Notes: a model not told the origin generated them from the letters alone. 51,888 nt of DNA from Octopus bimaculoides (GCF_001194135.2 NC_068991.1:53338459-53390346); one strand, 5' to 3'; counted from the stretch's first letter, positions 9,800-21,028 are shown. Numbers and translations: made by a program.

Positions 9800-10074
9800 G
9801 TCTTCCCCTCTGTTTGGCTGCAGATAACCTGATCTTACGAGTATTCCAGTTGGTCGGGCCAACGGAACAGCCTGCTGGTGAAATAAACGTGCAAGTGGCA
9901 AACCACTTCATAGACACGCAGAATGTGAAATACAGGTACTACTCATTCTTGCCAGCTGAATGGACTCGAACAACGTGAAACAAAGCGTTTGATGAAAGAC
10001 ATAATGTGCTGTTAGGAATCGAACTCACGACCTACGACCGTGAGCCGAAAACCCAAACCACTAAGTCATGCGCC
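9800..10074 (-). mobile_element. tRNA-derived SINE family C
   Basis: Reverse strand: ggcgcatgacttagtggtt (A box)...gtcgtgagttcgattcc (B box)...cacgttgttcgagtccattcagctggcaagaatgagtagtacctgta. Confidence 0.75.
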
Positions 10075-10396
10075 CTCACTATATTCATCATTATTATTTT
10101 GACATGCACATTTTAAAAATAGCAAGTTACAAATCTGTAAGTAGAAATTCTTTTTAGGGTAACAGATAAAGTGTGAAAAAAAAAATCGTTAACTTTTTTC
10201 ACAAAATAGTCTTTTGGGATCTTTTTTAAAACGGGGGCCACATTTTTCATTAATGTTTTACGTAGTGTTTTTGGTACCGAAAGACTTTCAAACTTCGTAT
10301 ACTTATCTATTTTGTGTTATAGAACAGAAAAATATTTTTGTATTCGAATTTATTTCATGTAAAAAAATTGTCTTATTTCGATAATTTCAACCAATC

Positions 10397-10585
10397 ACTG
10401 ACGTCCATTCAGCCGATATACATTAAGTGCCGACTACATAAACAAACGATTCTTCGTTTTATTTGCTTTTTTCATTTTAAATTTGCTTTAACCCTAACCC
10501 TAACGTTAGGGTTAGGGTTAATTGTTTCAGAATCGTTTGTTTATGTAGTCGGCGCTTAATGTATATCGGCTGAATGGACGTCAGT
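10397..10585. repeat. Long inverted repeat with a (CCCTAA)/(TTAGGG) palindromic centre, running into an assembly gap
   Basis: Arms 10397-10453 and 10529-10585 are 56/57 complementary; perfect 32-bp palindrome taaccctaaccctaac|gttagggttagggtta at 10489-10520. Confidence 0.9.
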
Positions 10586-12274
10586 NNNNNNNNNNNNNNN
10601 NNNNNNNNNNNNNNNNNNNNNNNNNNNNNNNNNNNNNNNNNNNNNNNNNNNNNNNNNNNNNNNNNNNNNNNNNNNNNNNNNNNNNNNNNNNNNNNNNNNN
10701 NNNNNNNNNNNNNNNNNNNNNNNNNNNNNNNNNNNNNNNNNNNNNNNNNNNNNNNNNNNNNNNNNNNNNNNNNNNNNNNNNNNNNNNNNNNNNNNNNNNN
10801 NNNNNNNNNNNNNNNNNNNNNNNNNNNNNNNNNNNNNATTGGAGAGATGGATAATTCCCATATCTCATCAAAACGAATGAGGAAACAATGTGTGAATTAC
10901 CCGATACTCCTTCCGTTTTTCTTTCTCAAATTCCGATAAGGTTGCAATCTATAGAGATGTATATGTAGAAAAATTTACTAATAATTATTCATTTTTCAGA
11001 ATGTTTATGAGGAAATAGTCGAGGTTTGTGAATTATCCGAAACTCCTGTACCCTCAACCCAGCAAAAAAAAAAAAAAAAAAATTAAAAAACGAAAAGAAA
11101 AAAGTTTTCTCCATAAAATTCCGATTGAATCGCAGTTTACACCATTTGAAACGTATCTTTGGAAAATTTCGTTAAAAAACGCTTGTTTTTCAGAAAGTTT
11201 TGAAAGAAACAAAGTTGGTGTACGGGCGGGGCACACAACTGTAATTACACTTTTTGTATTAATATCTATGCATCATATAAATCAACTGGATTATCAGCTG
11301 AAACGTCTGTGTTATCTGTTTGTAAGAGTTTGTTGAAACATATTTTAAGAAATGAAAATAGAAGCATACATTTAATTCAAATAATTTAAACATTATATAT
11401 ATATATATATATATTCGATAAATTAGCTATCAACTACGTGTTTTATTTCTCTGGAAACGCTGGGTATCCTTGTAGTACAAGAACTATTTGGAAGCATTTT
11501 GCATTTTACAAGAATCTCGCAGTAAAAAGCCAAACATCATAGGTTATCTCATTTTAATGTTTTACTTCAAGAAATATACAGATCTAATTACGTATATAAC
11601 ATGTATGATAAATGAATCATACAAAACTACATTAGAATACAAATCCTAAACAATAGTCATGATTCTTCCAAAAGAATCACACAAAAGAAAGATAAAGAAA
11701 AAAACAAAGGGGAAAAAGGGGAAAGGCAAAAAAAAAAAGAAAATATTCAGTAATTATTGAAAATATTAAAAGGAAAACAAAGTAGTATATATTTTCGAGT
11801 TCCCGAAAAATGAGGTGTATTTATTTTATCCGAGATTGCCCCCACCATTTACGGCAAGAAACTATTCTTTCTTTATCATTATTTTTATTATCTTGATGGA
11901 TTTAACTGTTTGAAACTGGTTAAACTTAAATAGAGCACACCATCAACAGATTGAAATTCTAATCCTATTCTGCGAGTCCATAGATCGGCGCACTTAGTCG
12001 GTCTGCAGCAACTCGAATAAATATGCTAAGCTAAATAAATATGCCTTGCACAATGTTTATTAATTTCATACCAAGGTATCAGGACATATCTAGTTCGAGA
12101 AACATAGTTGAATAAATTAACTGTAGATATTAACTGATTCAGGATGAATTTGAATTCCAAGCCCAGAAGAATACATTAAATGCAGTAATTCCTGTTTTAG
12201 CCACCTTAATACTTCTCTAGTTATATATAGTTCAGTTATATGATATATCAAGGTGGTATATACATATATAACAT

Positions 12275-12328
<54 letters not shown>

Positions 12329-12537
12329 CACCACTAACATGTTAACTATTGTACCACTACTAAATAACAGGATAACTAATATATACCATCATCAATAAAT
12401 TAACTTATACATACATATACATATATATATATATATATATATGTGTGTGTATATATATATATATATCACCATCAACTACAAACAGGTTAGATTTTCTAGC
12501 AATGTTTGTTTAAGTTTCTGGAGTAAAGGAGGTAGTA

Positions 12538-12657
12538 CCGGAAGTAGTGTTCATCTACGGGAAGTGACGTATAAAAGACACTTCTTTACCGAAAATTATT
12601 TTGTTTCTTTCCTCGATTCTTGTTTTACCGCAATCTTCCTCTCTCCCCAATGTAAGT
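12538..12657 (+). promoter_or_regulatory. Putative LNX core promoter and non-coding first exon
   Basis: CCGGAAGT (ETS) 12538-12545; GGAAGTGACGT (ETS plus CRE half-site) 12560-12570; TATAAAAG 12570-12577; pyrimidine-rich ~50-nt segment ending at donor GTAAGT 12652-12657. Link to the 18907 acceptor is inferred. Confidence 0.6.
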
Positions 12658-13479
12658 ATTGATTTTTAATATTTTACTATTCCAAATGCTTACAAAACTC
12701 CACATGTGTGTTCCTAGTAATTCATGACTCTCAGAAACATATCTGTACTAAATAATTAGTTTCTTTTATTTTTTTTCTCCCTCTTTAACTGCCTAGAAAT
12801 CTTTCTGTAATTGGATCCATTCTTCTAAAGAGGAGCTGGAAGCCCCGACTACTACATATTTATGCTAGTTGATCCACTTAGCAAACTTACTCAAGCTCTA
12901 CTTTGTTAGTTCAATGATATGATATGATAAGGTGGTGTAGGTTAGCCTAGATATTTGCAGTGACTTCCTGTAATGACGGTTTTGGAGGGCTGCTACCTTT
13001 CCTTTTAATTTTATCTCAAGGTACACATTTTCCCAGAGGTACACACGCGCGCGCAACTTTTACTTTTTATTAAGCTGTACTCCGATGTTCATTGTTAGCA
13101 AGTTTAGCACTGAAATTGTAAACATTAGCTCCTTTTTGCGAAGTTTTCATAATAGCGCACTTTTGTACTTCGAGGAGACGATCCTATAAAGAGTACATTG
13201 CATTATAAAATATATAGATCCATATGTTACACTTTTTGTTAAATATATATCTATATTGAGACCCTGTTCGGTTCCCTATATTATTTGCTCAGTAACTTTG
13301 AACTATATTCCCTTTTATTGACATAACCACTTGATATTCAATAAGAAAACATTTACTGAAATGGTCTGATCTGCCAGTTCTGCAGCAAGATTTGACATCG
13401 AACTAATCTCAATTAGTTTAAAAACTAAGAAAGAAAAGGATGAATGTTACATCACTGCCATCAGTCGTCAGTTACAGAA

Positions 13480-14000
13480 GTATTAAAGTAGATCTTCAGA
13501 TTTTCTGCTACTCATTGTAAGTTGGCAAAGTTCTTGCCGGTCCATTCTTTGATATCTTCCAATCTTTTCCTATCGCAGCCATCCACCCATCTTACAAAAG
13601 GATGGTTTTGTGTACAATCATGGTATTTATGTATCCATATATGTTAGTTTCCATCTTTTTCTTTGCTGATGAGCAAGTCATATTAAAGTGTGGTTATGGG
13701 TGTACATTCTGTTTGAAAGTTTCTCGTTCATGTGATATGTGTTTGCAATTGAAAGAATCGACTTATTTTCTCAGTTGGGTGAATTTTTCCTTGGCTGCTT
13801 GTTTCCACAATTTTAATAACCTCCCCAAATTTGCCACCAAAAATCTTTTAATGCTTGCTGCTGCAACCCCCAGTAATTATTTTGAAATTTGGTACTTTTT
13901 CTATCGGTCTCTTAATGTCGAAAGCTGCAAAAACATCACAAAACTGCTACTCAGAGTTTCACATTCCCGTAAGTCGGGTTGTGATCAAGAATGGAATAAA
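13480..14000 (-). mobile_element. Old RTE-type LINE ORF2 C-terminal relic
   Basis: Reverse-strand fragments LRECETLS (cf. LYGCETWT), IKRF....GRLLKLW, and RKRLEDIKEWTGKNFANLQ*VAEN (cf. RKRWxDDIKEWTG..LAELQRLAEDR). Confidence 0.5.
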
Positions 14001-14136
14001 ATTGTGATGGCACGTGTAATATATGATTTGATATCAAATCATATATTACATGTATCATCACAACTGTCCAATGAACTGGAACGTGAAACTCTGAATAGTA
14101 GTTTTTGTGATGTTTAGCAACTTTAATTAAAAAAAA

Positions 14137-14182
<46 letters not shown>

Positions 14183-15181
14183 GTATGTATGCGTACGACA
14201 GGCTTCTTTCATTTTCTGCCTACCAGATCCATTCACAAGCCTTTAATTAGTCTGGGACCATAGTAGAAGATGCTTGCCCAAGGTGCCATGCAGTGGGGTT
14301 GAAGTCAAGACTATATGGTTGGGAAACAAGCTTCTTACCACACAGATGTTTCTGTATTTTTTATGTTTTGTTTTTCATTGAACTGATCAGGCTTCTAATG
14401 AAGTCTTTGGGTGAAATATTTCTATCTTTTGTAGTAGGCACTTAAACTATGTCCTTTTTGTGGGCATTGCTATGATTTTGGTGGAAAAAATCAGTTTTTT
14501 AATTTATCATTGTGGTGATAGTGGGGAAAAATGACTCAGTATGAAAAAGGAACAATAACATCATGATCATTTACTGTTCACTTTTCGATGCTGACAGGTA
14601 GATTTTCTACAGCCGAGCACCTTTCCTGTCACCAACCCTCACCTGTTTCTAAGCAAAGTAAGTCTTCCCAGTCATGTTTTACATGGAAGATTTGAAATGA
14701 ACAACCTCACTTGTATGACGGTGATACTTGTTTACAGCCACCATGTGGTGTAAAAACAAGAATATATGCAAATACACACATATACTAGTTCTAGAATCTT
14801 CTCAATAGAGATTACTGTATATGTCTCCTCTTCACCTTGGTGAAATCTTTGTTGAGGAATGTTACATGTGTGTGTATGTATGTCTATATGTATTTATGTA
14901 AAGCCATCCATCCATCTATATATGCCAGCATGGAAGGCGGATGTTAAATGATGATGATGATGATGATATATAACGTAAAGGAATAGGGATTTGAAATCCG
15001 GGCAGATGCCTTGTTAGCACTCTGATATAACCCAGATCCAGCTGGCCAACACATGTCAGATTGGAATCTAATGTAGATTTAATGAGAATAATACTGTAAG
15101 AAACAAATTTTGAAGATATATAATTCTCCATTCTTCTTTATGGTGTGTGTGTGTGTGTTTTTATATATATCTATCTATCTA

Positions 15182-15430
15182 TCTATAATATATAAAGATG
15201 AGGAAGCGTGTCTGTCTGTGTGAATCCCTAAAACTTGAGAACTATACAACCAATTTCATTCAAATTTTACACATGCCTTACTTAGGGTCCATGTAGTGTC
15301 ATAGGCGAAAAAAATTTTTAACTTCTTGCCTAGTGTGATCCCAGAGCAATATCATATCTCCTCAACTATTTCAGTATTACGTGTCAAAAGTGAAAGAATG
15401 GAAACTATTATTTCACATATATACAGGCAT
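15182..15430 (+). mobile_element. 5' part of a non-autonomous Helitron-like element
   Basis: A|TC start: tctataatatataaag...gtgtctgtctgtgtg...aactatacaaccaatttcattcaaatttt, parallel to the 5' end of 16112-17698. 3' end not located. Confidence 0.5.
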
Positions 15431-15583
15431 ACATACATATATACATACATACATATAATATATATATATACATATATATATATATACATCTGGATAAATG
15501 TATATATATATAGATGTGTATGTATACATGTATATGTTTAGCTGTATATGTATAGATGTATATATATAGATGTACATGTAATA

Positions 15584-15624
<41 letters not shown>

Positions 15625-16027
15625 GCATACATATATACACCCATACACACACACATATACATAGGTGCAGGTGTGGCTGTGTAGTAAGAAACTTGGTTCC
15701 AAAACACATGGTCTTGGATTCAGTACCGCTATGTGGTGACTTGGCATGTGTCTTCTGCTATAGCCTCAGACCAACCAAAGCCTTGTGAGTGGATTTTGTA
15801 GACAGAAACTGAAAGAAATCAATTGTATATATATATATACGATTTACATCCCCATAGCTTACTGGTTTGAGACAAGAAGAAACTGATAGAATAAGTACCA
15901 GGCTTATCAAAATATAAAAAAGCACTAGGCAGTGTCTCATATTTTTGTTTGCCCACTCAGTTGTAGCTATCAATCTATCTTTTTTTGTGTGTGTGTATAT
16001 ATATATATATACATATGTGTGTGTGTG

Positions 16028-16071
<44 letters not shown>

Positions 16072-16111
16072 CACACACACACATACATGTATGTATATGT
16101 GCATATTCATA

Positions 16112-17697
16112 TCTATTATGTAAAAGTCAATGTCCTATTGTGTGTTCATGTGTTACTTATACATTCGAAAACTACTGCACCGATCCTAATGAAATTTGGA
16201 ACTCAAAATCCAAGCCTAGGGAGAAGGGTAATGCTGTTTGTTTCATTTAATTTCATGGACCAAAATTAATGAATGGATCCTTATGACATTTGGAACTTAG
16301 ATTCAATGCATAAGGCCGGTATAATGCAGTATGTTTGGTTTGAATTTGAGATGGCTTAAAGGGGGTAGAACCCCAATGAAAATTCATAAATTTTCGATGT
16401 TGATGAAATTTCAACCATGGGTAATTGACACACACCAAGAAGTATTCTCAAAGTTTCCACTTCTCATGAGGATTCTAAGACCCCCTAATGGGGACTTTAA
16501 CTCAAATCTTAGTCAATTTTTATGATCCAAAACTAGGTCAAAAGTACTGAATGGCTCTTTATAAAATTTGGAAATTATATTCTATGCATAAGGGCCATAA
16601 TCCCCATGAAAATTCATATATTTTTTGCTGTTGATGAAATTTTAACCATAGATATTATACACAAATGAAGTAATATTTCTAAAATTTCATCTTAGAAGTT
16701 AGAAAGACCCCTTCATGGGGTCGCTCGAGCATAAAAGATGAGCGTTATTTGTAATTCAATGGTACAACAGTGTAAGAGTTTGCTTCGAGATATACTTAGA
16801 TTGTGATTTCTGCAATGTGGTGCATAAATTGTCAAGTAAATGAGAGACATCTTTGCTTCCACTGATTCAGTTGCAAAGTGTTCAGTAAAGTTATTTGGTT
16901 GTAGACCTCCTTTGAGTCTGTTTATTACCACTGGGTCACACATAGTCCCCCAATGTTTAACATTGATTTCAAGGCCTTTCCAGATGAGTGACTGGTTATT
17001 GAAAGACATTTATAGATTGTAAATTTATTCTGTCCAGCTACCTATCAGTGTAGTGGACATTTGCAAACTCCAGAGGTGACATTTTCATTTCCCCTTAGTC
17101 CTCACATCACACAGTTGTTAATGTTTGAGTTGGGTCACACCCTTCCAATTGCTATAGATCCGTGATGCATCTTACGGCTGTGCCTGTCACCTGTACAGTG
17201 AGGAATCCTACATTGGGGAGTAGTAATGACTAGGATAGGATAGCTGACTGCTTATTGTGATCATTCGTCTTTTGGTTTCCTGTAGCTTTGCTCTCTTTTA
17301 CAAACCCAGTGAACATACATATATTTCCTATTTTAAAGAAATTTGAACAATACATATAAGACCCAAGTTAAAAAGATTCTCAACAATTCAACTTCTCTGG
17401 TTGACATTAAGACACCCACCCCCAATAGGGGCCTTAACTCCCACATTTTAGAGCTCCATAAACTCCATTTTTCAGGAGCAAAATCCTTTTAACAGGTTCC
17501 ATAAGACTGGAATTTTGGAATCTGTGCATAAAGATCAGTAGTATGGGATACATGTGTCATGTAAAGAGGGAAAGAACCCTCATTGCAATTTTGATGAAAT
17601 TCGAATCATAGGTATTCCAGTTCATTAGAGAAAATATAACAGAAAAGTCTAATTCTTCAATTGCATATAACACGGACAACGTCAGGTATCTCTGCTA

Positions 17698-17698
<1 letters not shown>
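16112..17698 (+). mobile_element. Non-autonomous Helitron with internal degenerate repeats and a unique internal segment
   Basis: A|TCtattatgtaaaag...aaaactactgcaccgatcctaatgaaatttgg at the 5' end; cacggacaacgtcaggtatctctgCTAG|T at the 3' end; no TSD; internal ~150-200-bp modules at ~16287, ~16563, ~17511. Confidence 0.7.
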
Positions 17699-17735
<37 letters not shown>

Positions 17736-17924
17736 TTTATTATACTTATATATGTATGTATGTACACACAAGCACATACATATTTAGTGTTCATTGTTGC
17801 AAATGGGTACTCAGTATAATAAAGATTAATAGCACACTATATAATTTGCCTGAAGATCTTGTGTATCCATAGATGAAACTCAAACTAGCAAGAGACTCAA
17901 CCAAAATAAAATATAACCTCACCA

Positions 17925-17970
<46 letters not shown>

Positions 17971-18093
17971 TATGAGGGAGTTTGATGCCAGTACTCCCCT
18001 CTGTTTCTCATGCTGCATATGTAGGACCTTCTTGGATTGTACATAGTGGAATACAAGTGATGTTTGAAAGTATTGGTATTTACTCTCTGCTTA

Positions 18094-18184
18094 TCTCATA
18101 GCAAGCTTACTATATATAGTATTCAGTACATAGTCCTTTTCTCGTAGCAAGCTTACTATATATAGTATTCAGTACATAGTCCTT
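18094..18184 (+). repeat. Tandem duplication, 46-bp period, 2 copies
   Basis: tctc(a/g)tagcaagcttactatatatagtattcagtacatagtcctt occurs twice. Confidence 0.9.
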
Positions 18185-18906
18185 ATCCTTGAAAGATAAA
18201 ATGGTTCTTCTCTCATTGTGCAGTGATGACCTGTTCAAGAATTTGAAAGGCTTTCATGTTGTGCCACTCCTGGGATTTTCCAAGTGTAGTCATTGTATAT
18301 CTTTCCTGTCAAAAGTACCTAGAAGTAGAATGTCAACTTCTAGTATTTCAGTTTGTGCATGAAACTAATTTTCATTTTTTAGAGTAGTTAGATTCTTCTG
18401 ATTTTGTCATAAGCTTGACATTACTAGGTTACTGAATACTAATATCATATACAGTACCAATATAATTCATCTAATAATGGTAATTTCTTGTGGAGTTAAT
18501 TGCTAATTCTTGTTGTAATTTATGTCCTGTATCTATTTCAGGGATTTTTCTGAGCTTTCTGCACTCAGATGTTTGTGCCAGCTCTAGAATATACTAAATA
18601 GAGATCACTGTATATACCTTCTCTTCAGTTTGGTGAAATCTTTGTTGACGAATATTGCATGTGTGTGTATGTCAGTATGAGTGTATATTCATCCATCTCT
18701 GTCTCTAATTTTCATTGTTTAGAGCAGTTAGATTGCCTCTGATTTTGTGATTAGCTTGACATTACTAGGTTCTTCCACAGAACCAATATAATTAATCTAA
18801 CAATGGTAATTTATTGTATAGTTAATTGCTAATTCTTGTTGTAATTCTGTATCTATTTCTTTAAAATATCTTTATTGCTTTTAATAATTATATAATTGTA
18901 TTTCAG

Positions 18907-19034
18907 ATTTGCTGTCCAAAAAGCATGATGCAAGAAATGGAATGTGTTCTCCCCGAATAACCTGACTGCAATTGCTCTGTTAATTGTCCTTTCTAGTTTT
19001 TATATTTTGTTGATGGTGTTTCTGGTGTGAACTA
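18907..19034 (+). other. LNX2: 5' UTR portion of the LNX RING exon
   Basis: Lies between acceptor tttcag (18901-18906) and ATG 19035; in-frame stops upstream of the ATG; contains two short uORFs. Confidence 0.65.
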
Positions 19035-19324
19035 ATGTGCAGCTATTATAAGCTGAAGCACCATAGTGCAGTTATATGTGTCTCATGTGGCCAGTTACAT
19101 GAGAAAAATGGAACTCATTTATATGATTATTATCAACCAGTGGATGATGACATGATGTGTCACATTTGTCTCCAGCCTTTGGTAAATCCAATTGACACAA
19201 AATGTGGACATACATTCTGTACACAATGCCTCAAAAACTACCTCAAGGTACAATGCATATGTCCAGTGGATCGACTACCACTTTCTTTAAAAGATTGCCA
19301 GCAATCCAGTGTTTTAGTAAGAAG
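19035..19324 (+). CDS. LNX2: LNX1/2-like (Ligand of Numb protein X) E3 ubiquitin ligase, first coding exon: N-terminal Zn motif plus RING finger
   Basis: MCSYYKLKHHSAVICVSCGQLHEKNGTHLYDYYQPVDDDMMCHICLQPLVNPIDTKCGHTFCTQCLKNYLKVQCICPVDRLPLSLKDCQQSSVLVR closely parallels the vertebrate LNX2 N-terminus (CxxCGQxH...HLYxY..VDDDLVCHICLQPL..P.DT.CGHTFC..CL...CP.DR). RING at about 19158-19271. Acceptor tttcag ends 18906; phase-2 donor AG|GTATGT at 19324/19325. LNX1 vs LNX2 cannot be separated (likely co-orthologue). Confidence 0.93.
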
Positions 19325-19424
19325 GTATGTATTAAAAATATTTTTTATGACATTTATATAATACTTTATTTTTCATATATTAAACCAGAACATGAAAATA
19401 CACACACACACACAAGCACACCAT

Positions 19425-19690
19425 CATCTTCTTCATCATCATCATCATTTAACATCTACTTTTCCATGCTTGCATGGATCAGATGGAATTTGATGAGGTA
19501 AATTTTCTACGTTCACATGCCCTTTTTGTTACCAACTCTTTCTTACCTGTTTACAAGAAATGTTACATTTTCCCATAGCAAGACATGTTTTTCACGGAAG
19601 AATGGGAATGAATAACCTTGCTTGTATGATGATGATGATGATGATGATGATGATGCTCATTTACAGCTATAATATGATATCTAGACAAGG
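19425..19690 (-). mobile_element. Short element family E sharing the RTE 3' terminus
   Basis: catcatcatcatttaacatctacttttccatgcttgcatgg...accaac...ttacctgttt...gcttgtatga. Other copies at ~14590-14750(-), 25750-25960(-), 29060-29250(+), 37870-38092(+), 39040-39215(+), 50605-50722(+). Confidence 0.7.
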
Positions 19691-19936
19691 GTACACACAA
19701 ATACACATATACCCATATAATGACCTTCTTTTGGTTTCTGTCTACTAAATCCACTCACAAGTCTTTGATTGTGGTATGGTATGAAAGCACTTGCTCAAGG
19801 TACTATGCAATGGGACTGAACAAAAGACTACATGGTTGGGAAGTAAGCTTCTTGACCCCTCCCACCACATTTTTATTTGGACTTGATGATTCACTTTGTT
19901 GCCACTTAGAGATTTGTACTTATGAACTTTTGTAAG

Positions 19937-20577
19937 ATTAGGTGGATGTGCAAGCGGAACGACTGTGCTGGTATGCTCATGTGTTACATATGGATGAGGA
20001 CAGCTGTGTGAAGAAGTGTCTCACCTTAACAGTGGAGGGAACCTGTGAAAGAGGTAGACCCAGGAAAACCTGGAATGAGGTAGTGAAGCATGACCATGGA
20101 ACATTGGGCCTCACAGAGGTAATGACAAGCGACTTAGACCTTTGGAAATATGTTGTGCTTGAGAAGACCCAGCAAGCCAAGTAAGACTGTAGCTGTGGCC
20201 TTTGCCAATGTTGCATAACAGGCCCATTTAAGAGTACCCGTTAATTGTTGAGCAATATGCTGTGCTTGAGAAGACCTGTTCAGTCAAGTGAAATTGTTAT
20301 TGTGGCTGATGCCAGTACTGCCTGACTGGCTCCCATGCCGGTGGCATGTAAAAATCACCATTCGAGCGTGGCCGATACCAGTGCCGCCTGACTGGCGCTT
20401 GTGCCAGTAGCATGTAAAAAGCACCCACTACACTCTCAGACTGGTTGGTGTTAGGAAGGGCATCCAGCTGTAGAAACCTTGCCAGATTAGATTGCAGCCT
20501 TCTGGCTTGCCAGTCCTCAGTCAAACCGTCCAACCCATGCTGGCATGGAAAGTAGATGTTAAATGATGATGATGACA
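19937..20577 (+). mobile_element. 5'-truncated RTE-clade LINE: ORF2 C-terminus, 3' UTR and (GAT)n tail
   Basis: ERLCWYAHVLHMDEDSCVKKCLTLTVEGTCERGRPRKTWNEVVKHD (RLRWxGHV..GRPRKTW motif); UTR ttaggaagggcatccagctgtagaaa...catgctggcatggaaagtagatgttaaatgatgatgatg. Confidence 0.88.
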
Positions 20578-20640
20578 TAAAAGAGAAACTCAGAGTATCA
20601 ATGGAATTAACATTCAATAAATAAATAAATAGACTCAATG

Positions 20641-21028
20641 ATTTCTATTCAACAAGAGGTTTTGGGGCTAAGTTCAAAGAGTAAAGTCAGCTAGTTATTT
20701 ATTTATTTATTTATTTAACAACCTTCTATATGCCCCCATTAAAGTGGGAAAGATTCATTTTGTTATTATTATCCTTTCGCTTTTATATACCTTTTATTGT
20801 ATGCTTTTGGTTGTATACTTCATTATTTATCTAATTATTAATGATAGCCACTTTTCTTATTTTATACCCCGCCCCAATCGGTGCATCTTAGACTTACTGT
20901 CTCTCTCTTTTATAGTTTTTCCGACTTTAAAGGGGGCATAGAGAAGGTTGTTAAATGAATAAATAAATAAGCAACTGGTTGACCTTACACTCTGAACTTA
21001 GCCCCAAAACCTCTTGTTTAATAGAAAT
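20641..21028. mobile_element. MITE with ~110-bp terminal inverted repeats
   Basis: 20641-20750 (atttctattcaacaagaggttttggggctaagttca...tgcccccattaaagtgggaa) is the reverse complement of 20919-21028; TSD not resolved. Confidence 0.85.

Noticed and set aside
10489-10520. Ancestral telomere-telomere fusion scar
   Set aside because: A fusion gives (TTAGGG)n then (CCCTAA)n; here the order is reversed and only about 2.5 units lie on each side.
11950-12240. Possible L1-type RT remnant (YLGMKL on the minus strand)
   Set aside because: Single short motif; not enough to call.
13602-14117. 171-aa plus-strand ORF
   Set aside because: No recognisable domain; overlaps the antisense RTE relic and the foldback.
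15408-16269. YI/CV/HT-repeat ORFs (also 12117-12326, 28889-29468, 38584-38781)
   Set aside because: Translations of dinucleotide microsatellites.
16713-17009. SRCR-like (WGTMCD) or APE-like (TIYAP) motifs in a 98-aa ORF
   Set aside because: Isolated 5-6-residue matches without the other conserved residues; kept only as unexplained cargo.
19325-19361. Read-through tail YVLKIFFMTFI of the RING ORF (likewise 46584-46758)
   Set aside because: Intronic; LNX similarity stops exactly at the GT donors.
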